Positions 25,514 through 37,421 of a DNA stretch of 64,000 nt are shown here, piece after piece; the stretch's first letter is position 1, and each line of letters begins with the position of its first letter. The stretch comes from Rhynchopus sp. YZ270_cl-10. Its lineage: Eukaryota. The stretch is taken from the NCBI GenBank assembly GCA_964035575.1, contig OZ037839.1:1550001-1614000 (forward strand), given 5' to 3'. A program made the position numbers and the translations under genes. Under the pieces are notes generated by a model, which saw only the letters and a list, made by a program, of their open reading frames with translations, searched no databases and was not told where the DNA came from.

Positions 25514-25989
25514 GTTCCTTTCGCAATTCACGACTAGATTTGTCAGGATTGAGCAACGTGGTGAGCGTTGGGGCACAACTTCCTCAGTGGCTGTGATGCA
25601 CCACCTTCAAATGTCCTGAGCGGGTAATCTCGTGTCGAGCTGTGTCCCCAACACCACCGTGACGAAGAACGCCACCAAAAGCAAGTCAAGCAGCAGACAG
25701 CCCTAACCTAGGCAACACTGACTTGTACTGCGGACAACGTGTTTTTGTTATCAAAAATACCCACAAGGAGGAGGGGATACAACAGCCTGTCTGGCACACC
25801 GCTGACACACGCGAGAAGCGAGCAACTAACAATCTTGGTTTTCCTTTTCACGTTTTTCAGTCTTTTGAGCAACAGACAAATAGAAACGAGTCTCTCGAAC
25901 ATGTTATCCCCCCATTTTGTTGTATCTTGCCTCCCTCCTCCTCCTTCTCAACACTTACCTCACAACAGAGCAACACTTCACTCGAAACA

Positions 25990-28180
25990 ATGGAACTGTG
26001 TGTGCAGGGATATGATGATGGAACCAAATTCGTGATTGAGGTGGGTGAGAACGACACAACGGAGACGATGCGGCAGAAGGTGGCGTCTGCAACAGGGTTG
26101 TGCGAAGACAGCTTCCGCATGGGCTTCGGAGGGAAGGAGGAAGGAGAAGACATCACAGAACTGAGTGCTGGAGACACAGTCGTGTTGACGAAAACTACTA
26201 AGTACGCATCCGTTGAGGCACTTCGTGCCTTGGGTGAGACAGACATTTCCGAAGCGAGGTTGGCAACTCCCGACGGCGGACCGCCCCCCATAGCACATTT
26301 TTGCGGTGCACGGGCGTACGGGATTAGTATCTTTTTTCGAGAGAACCCAAGAGCGGCCAGGTCCTGGACAAGTACGTTGTGCTTTTAGACCTACAAACTG
26401 TCTGGGGTGGTGGGACCTCGGGGCGAAGGGTGCTTCCCGGGACCCCAATATCCTACCACAAGGAGCTCGAGTCGTGCATGGAATGCAGGGTACTCTGAGC
26501 CGATTACTTCCACAAAACTCCCAGATCCCAAGACCTCCACGGGGGGCAGGCCTCCACGGAAACCCGCGACCGCCGACACCTTAGCTCCGTACTGCCTCTG
26601 TCTGTAACCTGCCGGTCCCCCACCTACCTACGCTTTTTGTGGTGTCTTTTTACGACGGTGGACCAAGGGGCTTTGCAGTGCAGTCAACGCCGACGGAGCG
26701 AGACTCGATTGTGACCGGGTGAAAAGGGAACCTTAGCCAGCGCTAACCAGCGGCAGTTTTGACTCAGGGAGGAGTTTCTCACCGCAGACTGGCGACACAC
26801 CCCCACTTTTTCGGGGTGGCTGCATTCCTCTTCGGAACGGGGTGTTCCATCCTATTTTTAAAAACGTTTATCGAAGCGAGGTTGGCGACTGTGGAGGATC
26901 CTGAGGTGGCTTCTCTGCTTCTTCAGGCGGAGGTTGCGACTGTTATTCCGACCTCGTTCTTGATCGAAGCATCGTTTACGAGACTTGATCTCTCTGCTGT
27001 GTCTGTTGTGACGCGAATTGAGTACCGCTTCCTCTACGGGTGTGCGTCGGTGGAAACAGTTGACTTGTCGGGATTGTGCAACGTTACGCACATCGGGGAC
27101 AAGTGTCTCGATGGCTGCACATCGTTGAGAAGCCTTGACGTGTCAGGGTTCACTGGTGTGACGGTCATAGGGGAGTCGTTCCTCCGAGGAAGTGGCGTCA
27201 CAAATCTTGACTTATCCGCGATGACGAGTGTGACGAAGGTTGGTACATACTTTCTTTTCAACTGCCAGTCGTTGGAAAGGATTGACATCTCAGGATGGCG
27301 CAGAGTCACGCACATTGAGAACGGCTTCCTCACGAACTGCACCTCGTTGGCAACCATTGATTTATCAGCTTTTTGCAGTGTCACGAAGATCGGCATTGAC
27401 GTTCTCTTCAACTGCAAGTCGTTGACCACCATCAGCTTTTCAGGGATGACGAATGTGACGTACGTTGGGCACAGTTTATGTAGGGACTGCACCTCGTTGG
27501 AAACGATTGACTTGTCAGCACTGCACAGAGTTGTGAAGGTAGATTTCGGCTTTCTTTGGAGGTGCACCTCGCTGAGAAGTATCGACCTTTCAGCTTTCGG
27601 CAGTGCCACACACGTTGGGCACAGCTTTCTTAGTCACTGTTCATCATTGAAAGCAGTTGATTTATCAGTGTTGCGCAGCATCAAGCGCATTGAGCCAAGC
27701 TGGATGTACGGGTGCTCCGCGTTGACAACAGCAGACTTATCAGGACTGAGCAATGTTACGCAGATAAATGCAGATTTCCTGCGAGAGTGCACATCCTTGA
27801 CGACGCTGGACATGTCAGGTTTTGGCAGGGACACAGAGATCGAGGACGACTTCCTGCACAACTGCAACGCACTCACAACAGTCGTCTTGCCAGGCAACAT
27901 CGACATTGACGAGATGTTGTCTCTCCCGAATGGAGACCCTAGAATGAGCACCTACAAGGAGGCCTTCTATGTACGTGTGCGTGAGATTTACGAAAGGTTT
28001 ACGGAACAGTTCGAAGATGTGCGGATAGAAGCTTTTGAGGCAGTACGAACAGACGTGTCTGGAAGTGCAAGACAATGTATTGCATTGAAAGCAGGACAAG
28101 AGAGAGAAGGGATTGATGCAAGCACAAGAGGACAAAAAAGAGGAACAAAAAGAGGATTTGGAGAGTTGGGGGCAGCATAA
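25990..28180 (+). CDS. UBL + BspA-type LRR protein, copy 5, interrupted by a 607-bp insertion (intact 522 aa if 26259-26880 is spliced)
   Basis: Both halves are open and paralogous to copy 3. Removing GT(26259)...AG(26880) restores ARLATV exactly. Confidence 0.72.
26265..26871 (+). mobile_element. Short non-coding insertion (SINE/introner-like) with 15-bp TSD CGAAGCGAGGTTGGC
   Basis: Direct repeat at 26250-26264 and 26872-26886. The site is empty in copies 1-3 (and slightly variant in copy 4). AT-rich 3' end and no evident TIRs. Confidence 0.88.
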
Positions 28181-30275
28181 ACAGGAGCAGGACAAGCTGG
28201 ATGAACAGAGGGGTTTGGGGGGTTTGGTGATTTGTGTCTGAAGAACACTTCGGTGAACGTATCGAACTCCCTGTTTAGATAGCTGGGGTAAAATATTTGG
28301 CAGGTTTGGTGCACAACTCTGACAAAACGGAGTGTCCCCACCACTTTTTATGAGCAACCTGTCAGCCCAAAGTCTTTCTGGATAAGGGTACTCACACTTT
28401 TTCTTTTGTTTCTTGTCCTTGGGCTTCCCAAAAATCCGAGCGGGCGGGCGGGAAAAAAAAAGTGAAGCAAAAAAAAAAAAAGTGGACTGGTGTGGCCCGC
28501 CCCAAAATAAAGTCAAAAAAATGTACTTCTAATGTACTTCTAATGTATGGTAAAAAAAAGGGGGTAAAAATTTTTTTCCCACCCATACTGACATAGTCAG
28601 TGTGCATAATAAAAGGGTCCCGAGCTTTCCCCCAGCAAAAAGCGGTCGCTGCGCACGCTTCGCGCGCGCGACTCCCTGCTAGTGCAAGAAGGTGAGGCTC
28701 TTTCTCACCTGTGATGCACGAAATCGTGAAAGGCGGGTGGGGAGGGTGAACCACAAGCCGTAGTGGGTGTCAGCCTTCTTATCAGTAACCTCAGTGCATC
28801 TATAAAAGAGGCGGTCATGGCATCCAAAGGTTCCAGGCGAAGCCACGGTACGCAACATTTCTGAAAAATGTTGCCATAAAATGGCGCTGTCGTTCGTAAT
28901 TAACGTCACTTTCCGTAAATTACTTACGTATTTCGCTAAAAACGAAAGCTTCTGGCGAAGCCACGGTACGCAACATTTCAAAAAAATGCGCTTAAAATTG
29001 AACATTTCACAGCCAAACTACGAGAGTTCTGTGGGGGGTAAGGTGAGGGGTGGGGCTCCGCACCAAACCTGAAAATAGCCTGTAAAACTGATACATGCAT
29101 TTTAGGTCCAAAATACTCATTTCTCAGCGCAAAATGACCCCACCACAACACGCACGGACTCCGGAGAATCGGGAAAGAATTTTTTTCCCCCCGATTTTTT
29201 GTGGGCAAAAATTGGCCGAAAATTTTTTCGCCCCCCCGGACCCCCCAAAAAAAGTCACCTATAAAAAAAGTTTTTTCCCTTAATCACGCCTAAAATAAAG
29301 TCAAAAAAATGTACTTCTAATGTACTTCTAATGTACCCCAAAAACCGGGTTTCGGGCCACACCAGTGGAGGGAAAAAAAAGTGAAAGGGGGAAAAAAATC
29401 TGTGCGGTATTTTTCCGCCCAAGAGGGCGTTTTGTTGCAGTTCCGAGCCAATCCCGGCTTGTGGTGGGGGATATTCGGAAAAATGGACAAAATTTCAGTG
29501 ACTTAATTCCGACATTTGGAAGCAATTTTTTCCCCTGAAAAAAGTGGGTGTTCAGCCCCAAAACGTACCACGGGTGGCATTTCCGGAACCCGTCTGCACT
29601 GTGGTGGCCAGGGTGGGGTCACTTTACCGAAATGGCCAAATTCTTGGTTTTAGTCAAAATCCATGTAGGGAAATCCCAAATCCAGATTTTCTCTCCCTGA
29701 TCCTGACGTCTGAAAACACGAAAGTGCCCGAAAACACCGGCATTTGCATTTCCGGAATCCGTCCGTTGTGTGGTGGGGTCAATTTGCCAAAATGTACAAG
29801 TTTTTGGTCAAAACCCGTCAGTGTAAGGTAAAGGGGGCCAAGTGTTTGCCTTAGTGTAGACACCCGAGGATGAACTCCACTACTTGCCCGGCTACAACGT
29901 GCCAAATGCTCTGGTCGCATGACCACGGGGGGTCATGCGGAGTCATCTACAACCTCCAAACCCCATTTTTCTCGGGGGTCACCATGTACCCCCGAACCCT
30001 GTGAAAATCCGGATTTTTCTGGAAAAAATAATGGGCATGGTCCCACCCCGGTCCACCTTGGTGGAAACCAGGGCATATCCTAAATATGAGGTCTGAGCGG
30101 CCAAATTTGCCAAAAGGGTGCAAAAAAAAGGGGCGGATTTTTTTTTGATTTTTTTTCCAGGTTTCATCGTTGGTGGCGCTTTTAAACATCGGTATTTGCA
30201 TTTCCGGAATCCGTCCGGCCAGTGGTGGGGTCAATTTGCCGAAATGGACAGGTTCTCGTTTTTGGTCAATTTCCT

Positions 30276-30337
30276 CAGTACACAGTATACACAGTACACA
30301 CAGTACACACAGTACACACAGTACACACAGTACACAC
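30276..30337. repeat. (CAGTACACA)n 9-mer repeat
   Basis: Read directly. Confidence 0.9.
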
Positions 30338-31427
30338 GGGGTCCACCAATCGTTTGGATTGTCGACATTTCGCAGAGTCACCAAAGTGTAAGATTTTTTC
30401 GGCATTGGAAAGATTGGGCCATTTCTGAGAACTTCAATAAATCAGATCTCTGAGAGATTTGTTTTTAATTCCCATTTTCATGTCGCGAGTTTACGTGGAA
30501 ACGCCTTTGAAACCGTGTGTTCTTTAAGGATTCTTTAGGTAAAACAGGCGTTTTGCACCAAAAACCACAAGTTTCAACACAAAACCCGGTTTTTTGGCCC
30601 AGACCCGTGTATGTGGCGCCGAAAACACGCTTGCGCGGTATCAGAACCCTGCGTGGGCCACACACGGTCGTGCACACGTGCCCTTTGCCTTGTCACACAA
30701 CCCACGTTTTCACACCCAAAAACGACAAAGCCGTTTGTGGGCAAAAACCACCCAAAAACCCACACACAGGGGTTTGCGAGTGTTAAGGATTAGCAAACCC
30801 AAATATACAGTACACAGTACACAGGTACACAAAAAACTAGAAAACGACACTTCGCTGCGACCACGGGCCACCCCATAGGGGGTGAATTTTTTCCCACCGA
30901 AAATGGTGTTTTTGGACTGTTTCGCACCAGATCTTTCCAAATATTTTTTTTACGGGCACTTTTGTCAAGTAGGTTTCCCCTTAGACCCCCTAGACCCCTC
31001 GTGCAAAAAAAGGGGCAACGTGGGACCTTATAGCCGTGCAAAAAAAAGGGGCGCACTTTTTTTCAAAAACCCGCGGGTACCGGGTACAGACTTAGGATAT
31101 GCCCTGGTGGAAACCCTGTACACTTTTCAACTTACCTTCCTTCACCCCCCCTGTAAGGGCAACCGTAGGTGAAGTAAGGTATAGTATTGAAATCGATGTG
31201 GGGGGGGAGTAAAGGGTCAATTTTACAAAACCTGATTTTGAGGAAAATTTTAGCCAAAAATGGGCCCCACGTATAAGCAACCGGGCTCATATTTCTCAAA
31301 ATTTAAGTGGTCAAAAAATTGTCCAATTTTCGAGATTGACCCCACCACTGCACGGGCAGAGCCCAAAAATGCAAATAAGGACCCTTTTTCAACTTACCTT
31401 CCTTCACCCCCCCTGTAAGGGCAACCG

Positions 31428-33181
31428 CACGACGGACTAGTTATGACCATGACAGGTGATTTTACTAGTAAAATGACAGGTGAAAATTTTTGACAGGTGG
31501 CACCTGTCATTTTGACAGGTACCACCTGTCAAAATACAGGCACCACCCAGGTACCCAGGTACCCAGGTACCCAGGTACCCAGGTACCCAGGTACCCAGGT
31601 ACCCAGGTACCCCCAATGACATAACGAAGTATCGCTTGAAAGTACCGTTCAATAACCTTTCTTGGGTGTGCATGAAGTAGCACACAAGGTATATCAAACG
31701 ATAAATCAATCAGATAAACGTTACATCATCGGAAAATTGTTGGCACCGCCGCCCTGTCTTCGTATTTATTACGTCGACAGGCCAAACAGCGTTGGGCTCA
31801 GAAGAAGCAGTGCAAAACACTGGGGATCAACATGAGAACCAACTCCCAACAACACAGGCTACCAAAGTAGCAGGTGGGGTGTTGCGGGTGTTTGGGGTGA
31901 AAGAAAATCGATTTTGGTAAGTTCCAGCAGAAAATTCTTAAGTTTGCACTAGTCGAGAGAGGCTTACCCGCTGCAGTGAAGCAGTGCACCCATTTAAGGA
32001 TGGAGAAGCGTGACACGCACATACAAGTATGTACGTTACTTCAACAAAGGCTGAATTCTGGTAATTCTAAGGGATGTGAATTCAGCCACCACGCAGGTAG
32101 TGTTTTAAGGTTCCTCGCTTTGTTCTGCACAGCGGGCTTATGATACAAAGGAGTTGCCCCCGCTCTCTTTCGCGCAAACTTAAGAAAATTCTGAAGTAAC
32201 TACAACCTGGCGTGCGGGTACAGATGCATTGCTTTGTTCTTTCCTCAAAGTCATGTGTGATCTCTCGGGTCTGTACTAAAGTCAGTGTTTAGATAAGCAT
32301 CCACTTGACTCGTTCTAACAACCGTCGAAATCTAGAACAAAACAATACACTGCCCCTTCTCACACCAAGCCGCCATGCTTCAAGAGCATGCCCTGGGCAA
32401 AAATTACTGTGACAAAAACTGGTTTCTGGGGGAACGCAATATTTTCTTGTGTCTAGTCCTCCGCAAGAGCAGAGGACAGACTTTCCGGATCCCGAAGTCG
32501 AATTTCTTGCACTAGCTATGCTCCCTGGGTTAATGGCTATAGCAGTGACTGACAAGAGTTTCCCACCCCCAGATGAAGAAAGAACCGACGCAGAGTTGTG
32601 GCTTCTTCATAGTTTTTTCTGCATTTTATAAGTTCATCCTGTGAGGGAGGGTGTTTTTGGAGGTGTGATGGGAAGAGGAAAAGAAAAAGCAAGAAGGGAG
32701 GGTGTTCAAATTTCCCGTTTTTACCTTTTCTCCCGTTTTTCCCTTTGTCTTTGCCATTTTTTTTTTTCAAAAAAAAAAAAAAAAATTTTTTTTTTTTTTG
32801 ACAAGGCAATTTTCAGGTGAAAAAAAAATTTTTTTTTCGAAAAAATTTTGGCCCCCTGGGGTGGGTCTTGGGGCACCGAAAAATGCCAAAAAACGCAAAA
32901 ATCGGCTGTTTTGACCATCTGTGGTTACACCATATACACGTCTCTGTACAAGCCTATACTATACCCAAAAGTGGATAGGCAAGGCCGTGTTTGACCAAAA
33001 AAAATTTTTTTTTTCAAAAAAATCGAGTTTTCGTCACCTGTGGGTGGTCGTAGGATCGAAATTTGTGAAAAATTTTCACTTTTTTTTTTTGACCCAAAAA
33101 TTTTTTTTTCGACAAGGCAACGGGAAAAATGACTAAGGGGAAAGGGGAAAAAAGGGAAAAACGGGAATTTGGAGGATCCCC

Positions 33182-33222
<41 letters not shown>

Positions 33223-33664
33223 GATTTTTTGGATTTTTTTTGAGGATCCTCTATTTTGAGGATCATTTTTCACAGTCACATTTTACCTTAGCAAAATCCG
33301 AAAAAAAAATTTTTTTTTTTCGAAAAATTTTTGGCCCCCTGGGGTGGGTCTGGGGGCACCGAAAAATGCCAAAAAACGCAAAAATCGGCTGTTTTGAGCA
33401 TCTGTGGTTACACCATATACACGTCTCTGTACAAGCCTATACTATACCCAAAAGTGGATAGGCAAGGCCGTGTTTGACCAAAAAAAATTTTTTTTTTCAA
33501 AAAAATCGAGTTTTCGTCACCTGTGGGTGGTCGTAGGATCGAAATTTGTGAAAAATTTTCACTTTTTTTTTTTGACCCAAAAATTTTTTTTTCGACAAGG
33601 CAACGGGAAAAATGACTAAGGGGAAAGGGGAAAAAAGGGAAAAACGGGAATTTGGAGGATCCCC

Positions 33665-33705
<41 letters not shown>

Positions 33706-35327
33706 GATTTTTTGGATTTTTTTTGAGGATCCTCTATTTTGAGGATCATTTTTCACAGTCACATTTTACCTTAGCAAAATCCGAAAAAAAAATTTTTTTT
33801 TTTCGAAAAATTTTTGGCCCCCTGGGGTGGGTCTGGGGGCACCGAAAAATGCCAAAAAACGCAAAAATCGGCTGTTTTGAGCATCTGTGGTTACACCATA
33901 TACACGTCTCTGTACAAGCCTATGCCAGACGCAAGGCGCTGTTTGACCCAAAAAAAAATTTTTTTTTTTCAAAAAAACCGAGTTTTCGTCACCTGTGGGT
34001 GGTCGTAGGATCGAAATTTGTGAAAATTTTTCACTTTTTTTTTTTGACCCAAAAATTTTTTTTTCGACAAGGCAACGGGAAAAATGACTAAGGGGAAAGG
34101 GGAAAAAAGGGAAAAACGGGAATTTTGAGGATCCTCTATTTTGAGGATCATTTTCAGAGTCACATTTTACCTTAGCAAAATCTGGAAAAAAAAATTTTTT
34201 TTCGAAAAATTTTTAGACCCCTGGGGTGGGTCTTGGGGCCGAAAATGCAAAAAAACGTAAAAATTGGGTGTTTTGAGCATCTGTGGTTACACCATATTCA
34301 CGTCTGTAACCCCACATAGGCCCATTACCATGGTTTCGTTAGCCCTTGTGGCATGCCCTCCTGCAGTTTCCTGCTCATTGGCGGCCTCTAGTCCGTGTGG
34401 ACTTGCTGGTGTCTCCAAGCTTCAACCTCTTCTTGTGACCCACCGAGCACGCAGCCAACAGTGCGTCAAACCCTCAAGATCCTGTAGCACCGAGGGTGTG
34501 TGAGCCCCAAGCGTCTGCGCCAGGACATACGCCGTCTGCCATCAAGCGGAGGGTGCTCCAATACTCCTCAGACACGAAGGAGCGATCACAGCGATCACGA
34601 ACCACGCGATTGAGGCGGTTTCACAGGTGGTCAGCGGGAGGCTTCACAAAGCAACACCGCTTCCGGAGATGACCGGCTCCCCTCTTCCTCAACATGCACC
34701 AGAGCCCTATTTTTCACAAGCGGTTGGTGGCTATTTGTGTGTACCATCAAAAGTGCTCGTAAGTGCCTTCATTTCCATTTTTCCCCCAGGATTGAGGACA
34801 TGTGGGCCACCAAGGCCAATTTGTGATGTCGAAAAAAAAAGTTTTGGTCAAAAAATGGACTTGTCTTTCGCTAACACCACGAAAAAATCGGCTGCGCAAA
34901 ACCGTGTTTTAGACCCCCACAGATGCTCAAAACTGCCAAATTTTGCTTTTAATGGCCTCAAATCGTCGAAATTCGCCCTAAAAGGGGGCAAAAAAAAAAA
35001 TTCGAGAGTCCCTTTCCCTGGGAGGCAATAGCCACCGGCAAAAACACCTGTCATATGACAGGTGGTACCTGTCAAAATGACAGGTACCACCTGTCATATG
35101 ACAGGTACCACCTGTCAAAATGACAGGTGGTACCTGTCATCTTACAGGTACGACCTGTCATATGACAGGTGGTACTTGTCACCACCTGTCATTTTACAGG
35201 TGGTACCTGTCATTTTACAGGTACCACCTGTCATATTACTAGTAATATTCAATTATCACCTGTCATATTTATAACTAGTAACACCACCTGTCATATCACC
35301 TGTCATGGCCATAACTAGTCCGTCGTG
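31428..35327. mobile_element. Nested CACTA/CMC-like non-autonomous element
   Basis: TIRs CACGACGGACTAGTTATG... / ...CATAACTAGTCCGTCGTG, with many TGACAGGT subterminal repeats at both ends. 2-bp CG TSD. The empty site gggcaacCGtaggtgaag is in the adjacent tandem copy at ~31157-31174. Confidence 0.8.
32700..34310. repeat. 483-bp tandem repeat, ~3.3 copies
   Basis: Identical ORF shadows are offset by 483 (32921 versus 33404). The outer copies are diverged. Confidence 0.88.
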
Positions 35328-35771
35328 CGTAGGTGAAGTAAGGTATAGTATTGAAATCGATGTGGGGGGGGAGTAAAGGGTCAATTTTACAAAACCTGAT
35401 TTTGAGGAAAATTTTAGCCAAAAATGGGCCCCACGTATAAGCAACCGGGCTCATATTTCTCAAAATTTAAGTGGTCAAAAAATTGTCCAATTTTCGAGAT
35501 TGACCCCACCACTGCACGGGCAGAGCCCAAAAATGCAAATAAGGACCCTTTTTAATTTGTTCTCTTGAATGGTGTTACCGAAAGGGCCCATATTGACAGG
35601 TCCTTGACAGGTCCTTGACATGTCCCCGACAGTGGGGGGTGTCATTTTATAATTTGCTTTATAGTGGGTTTTTTTTTTGCCCGGGAAAATCACCCACTAA
35701 GGAAGGGGCAGTGCTCAAAACCGGCCGAAGTCTGGAAATAGCCATCTTCTGGGCTATGTAGGCATCATAGG

Positions 35772-36101
35772 TAGTACCATAGTACCATAGTACCATAGTA
35801 CCATAGTACCATAGTACCATAGTACCATAGTACCATAGTACCATAGTACCATAGTACCATAGTACCATAGTACCATAGTACCATAGTACCATAGTACCAT
35901 AGTACCATAGTACCATAGTACCATAGTACCATAGTACCATAGTACCATAGTACCATAGTACCATAGTACCATAGTACCATAGTACCATAGTACCATAGTA
36001 CCATAGTACCATAGTACCATAGTACCATAGTACCATAGTACCATAGTACCATAGTACCATAGTACCATAGTACCATAGTACCATAGTACCATAGTACCAT
36101 A
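35772..36101. repeat. (GTACCATA)n 8-mer microsatellite
   Basis: Read directly. Confidence 0.97.
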
Positions 36102-36354
36102 ACAGCCGTCCCTGTATCAGTTGAGGAAGGGTTTGGGGAATGGTCGAGGACATCATAAGCCTACGTGGGGGCGATACGTGGCCAATAGCTCACCTGTCAC
36201 ATCAGCAGCGATGCGACGTACGATTCTGTAACGAAGGAACACTTTGATTGAGTGGTGACGCTGGAGGACAGGATCCGAGCGTTCTGCCTACAGGACAAGG
36301 AGCTGCGCGAGGGGTTCGACACAGCGCCAACGTAGGGCGTTGACCTCTTCCTTC

Positions 36355-36599
36355 GTACACAGTACACAGTACACAGTACACAGTACACAGTACACAGTAC
36401 ACAGTACACAGTACACAGTACACAGTACACAGTACACAGTACACAGTACACAGTACACAGTACACAGTACACAGTACACAGTACACAGTACACAGTACAC
36501 AGTACACAGTACACAGTACACAGTACACAGTACACAGTACACAGTACACAGTACACAGTACACAGTACACAGTACACAGTACACAGTACACAGTACACA
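36355..36599. repeat. (GTACACA)n 7-mer microsatellite
   Basis: Read directly. Confidence 0.97.
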
Positions 36600-37202
36600 C
36601 CGGCAAACATGGTCAAAATCAGGTGGAAAAAACATAAGTACATCATGGGGGGGTAGGGAACAGGTAGCGCCGCAGGCGCACGGTACCCAACTTTTTTCTT
36701 TTATATTTTCCCTTTTCTCTGCTTTCTTTTGATTGCGCGAGCCGATTGCTCTCCACGGTGGGGTCACATGTGTGTCCAAAACTATCTGAAGTACACAGTA
36801 CACAGTACAGTACTGTGGGGAAAAAATCCACTGTATAACCAAATTATAAAATGACACACCCCCTATTTTGACAGGTCCTTGACAGGTCCTTGACATGTCC
36901 TTGACAGGTGTACGGTAACACCATTGAAATGTGTAATTTCATGTTTTCGCGAAAAAAAATAACAATGATCCTACAAAGGTTGAAAGAAGGTGGTTGAAAG
37001 CAACAATAACAACAAGGACAGGTAATTGCTAAGAAAAAAGCGGGGTGTGCTGTGGAAAACTCCGCACGATTTTCGAAACCACCGTAGCATCCTGGCGATT
37101 TGCTGGAGGTGCTGATGCGCCTGGTGTGATCGACGTGTTGTAGTCTGTGCATTCTGTGTTCCTTCCGCACTGCTCCAACGACGACGACAATGTGGGGAGC
37201 CT

Positions 37203-37421
37203 GTGGACAAAAACGAGCTGGGCCACGCCGAGCCTGCCGAGCCGACGTCCAACAACGCTATCGAGCAGATGGTGCTGGACGAAGAGGACAGCCCCCCTTC
37301 TTTAACGTTTCAGATGCTGGCGTCCCAGTGGGTCTGGCAGCGTACGAAGAGCGTTAGCATACCTGCAGAAGAGCAGAATGCTGGGCGTGTTGTAGATTAT
37401 TTCTACAGGATGGAGTTCCAC
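37203..37421 (+). pseudogene. Possible Helitron Rep-domain fragment
   Basis: The translation ends GRVVDYFYRMEF, which resembles the segment before the EFQxRGxxHxH motif of Helitron Rep. It is truncated there. Confidence 0.35.

Noticed and set aside
35659..36896. ORFs of (MVLWYYGT)n and (VYCVLCT)n
   Set aside because: Microsatellite translations.
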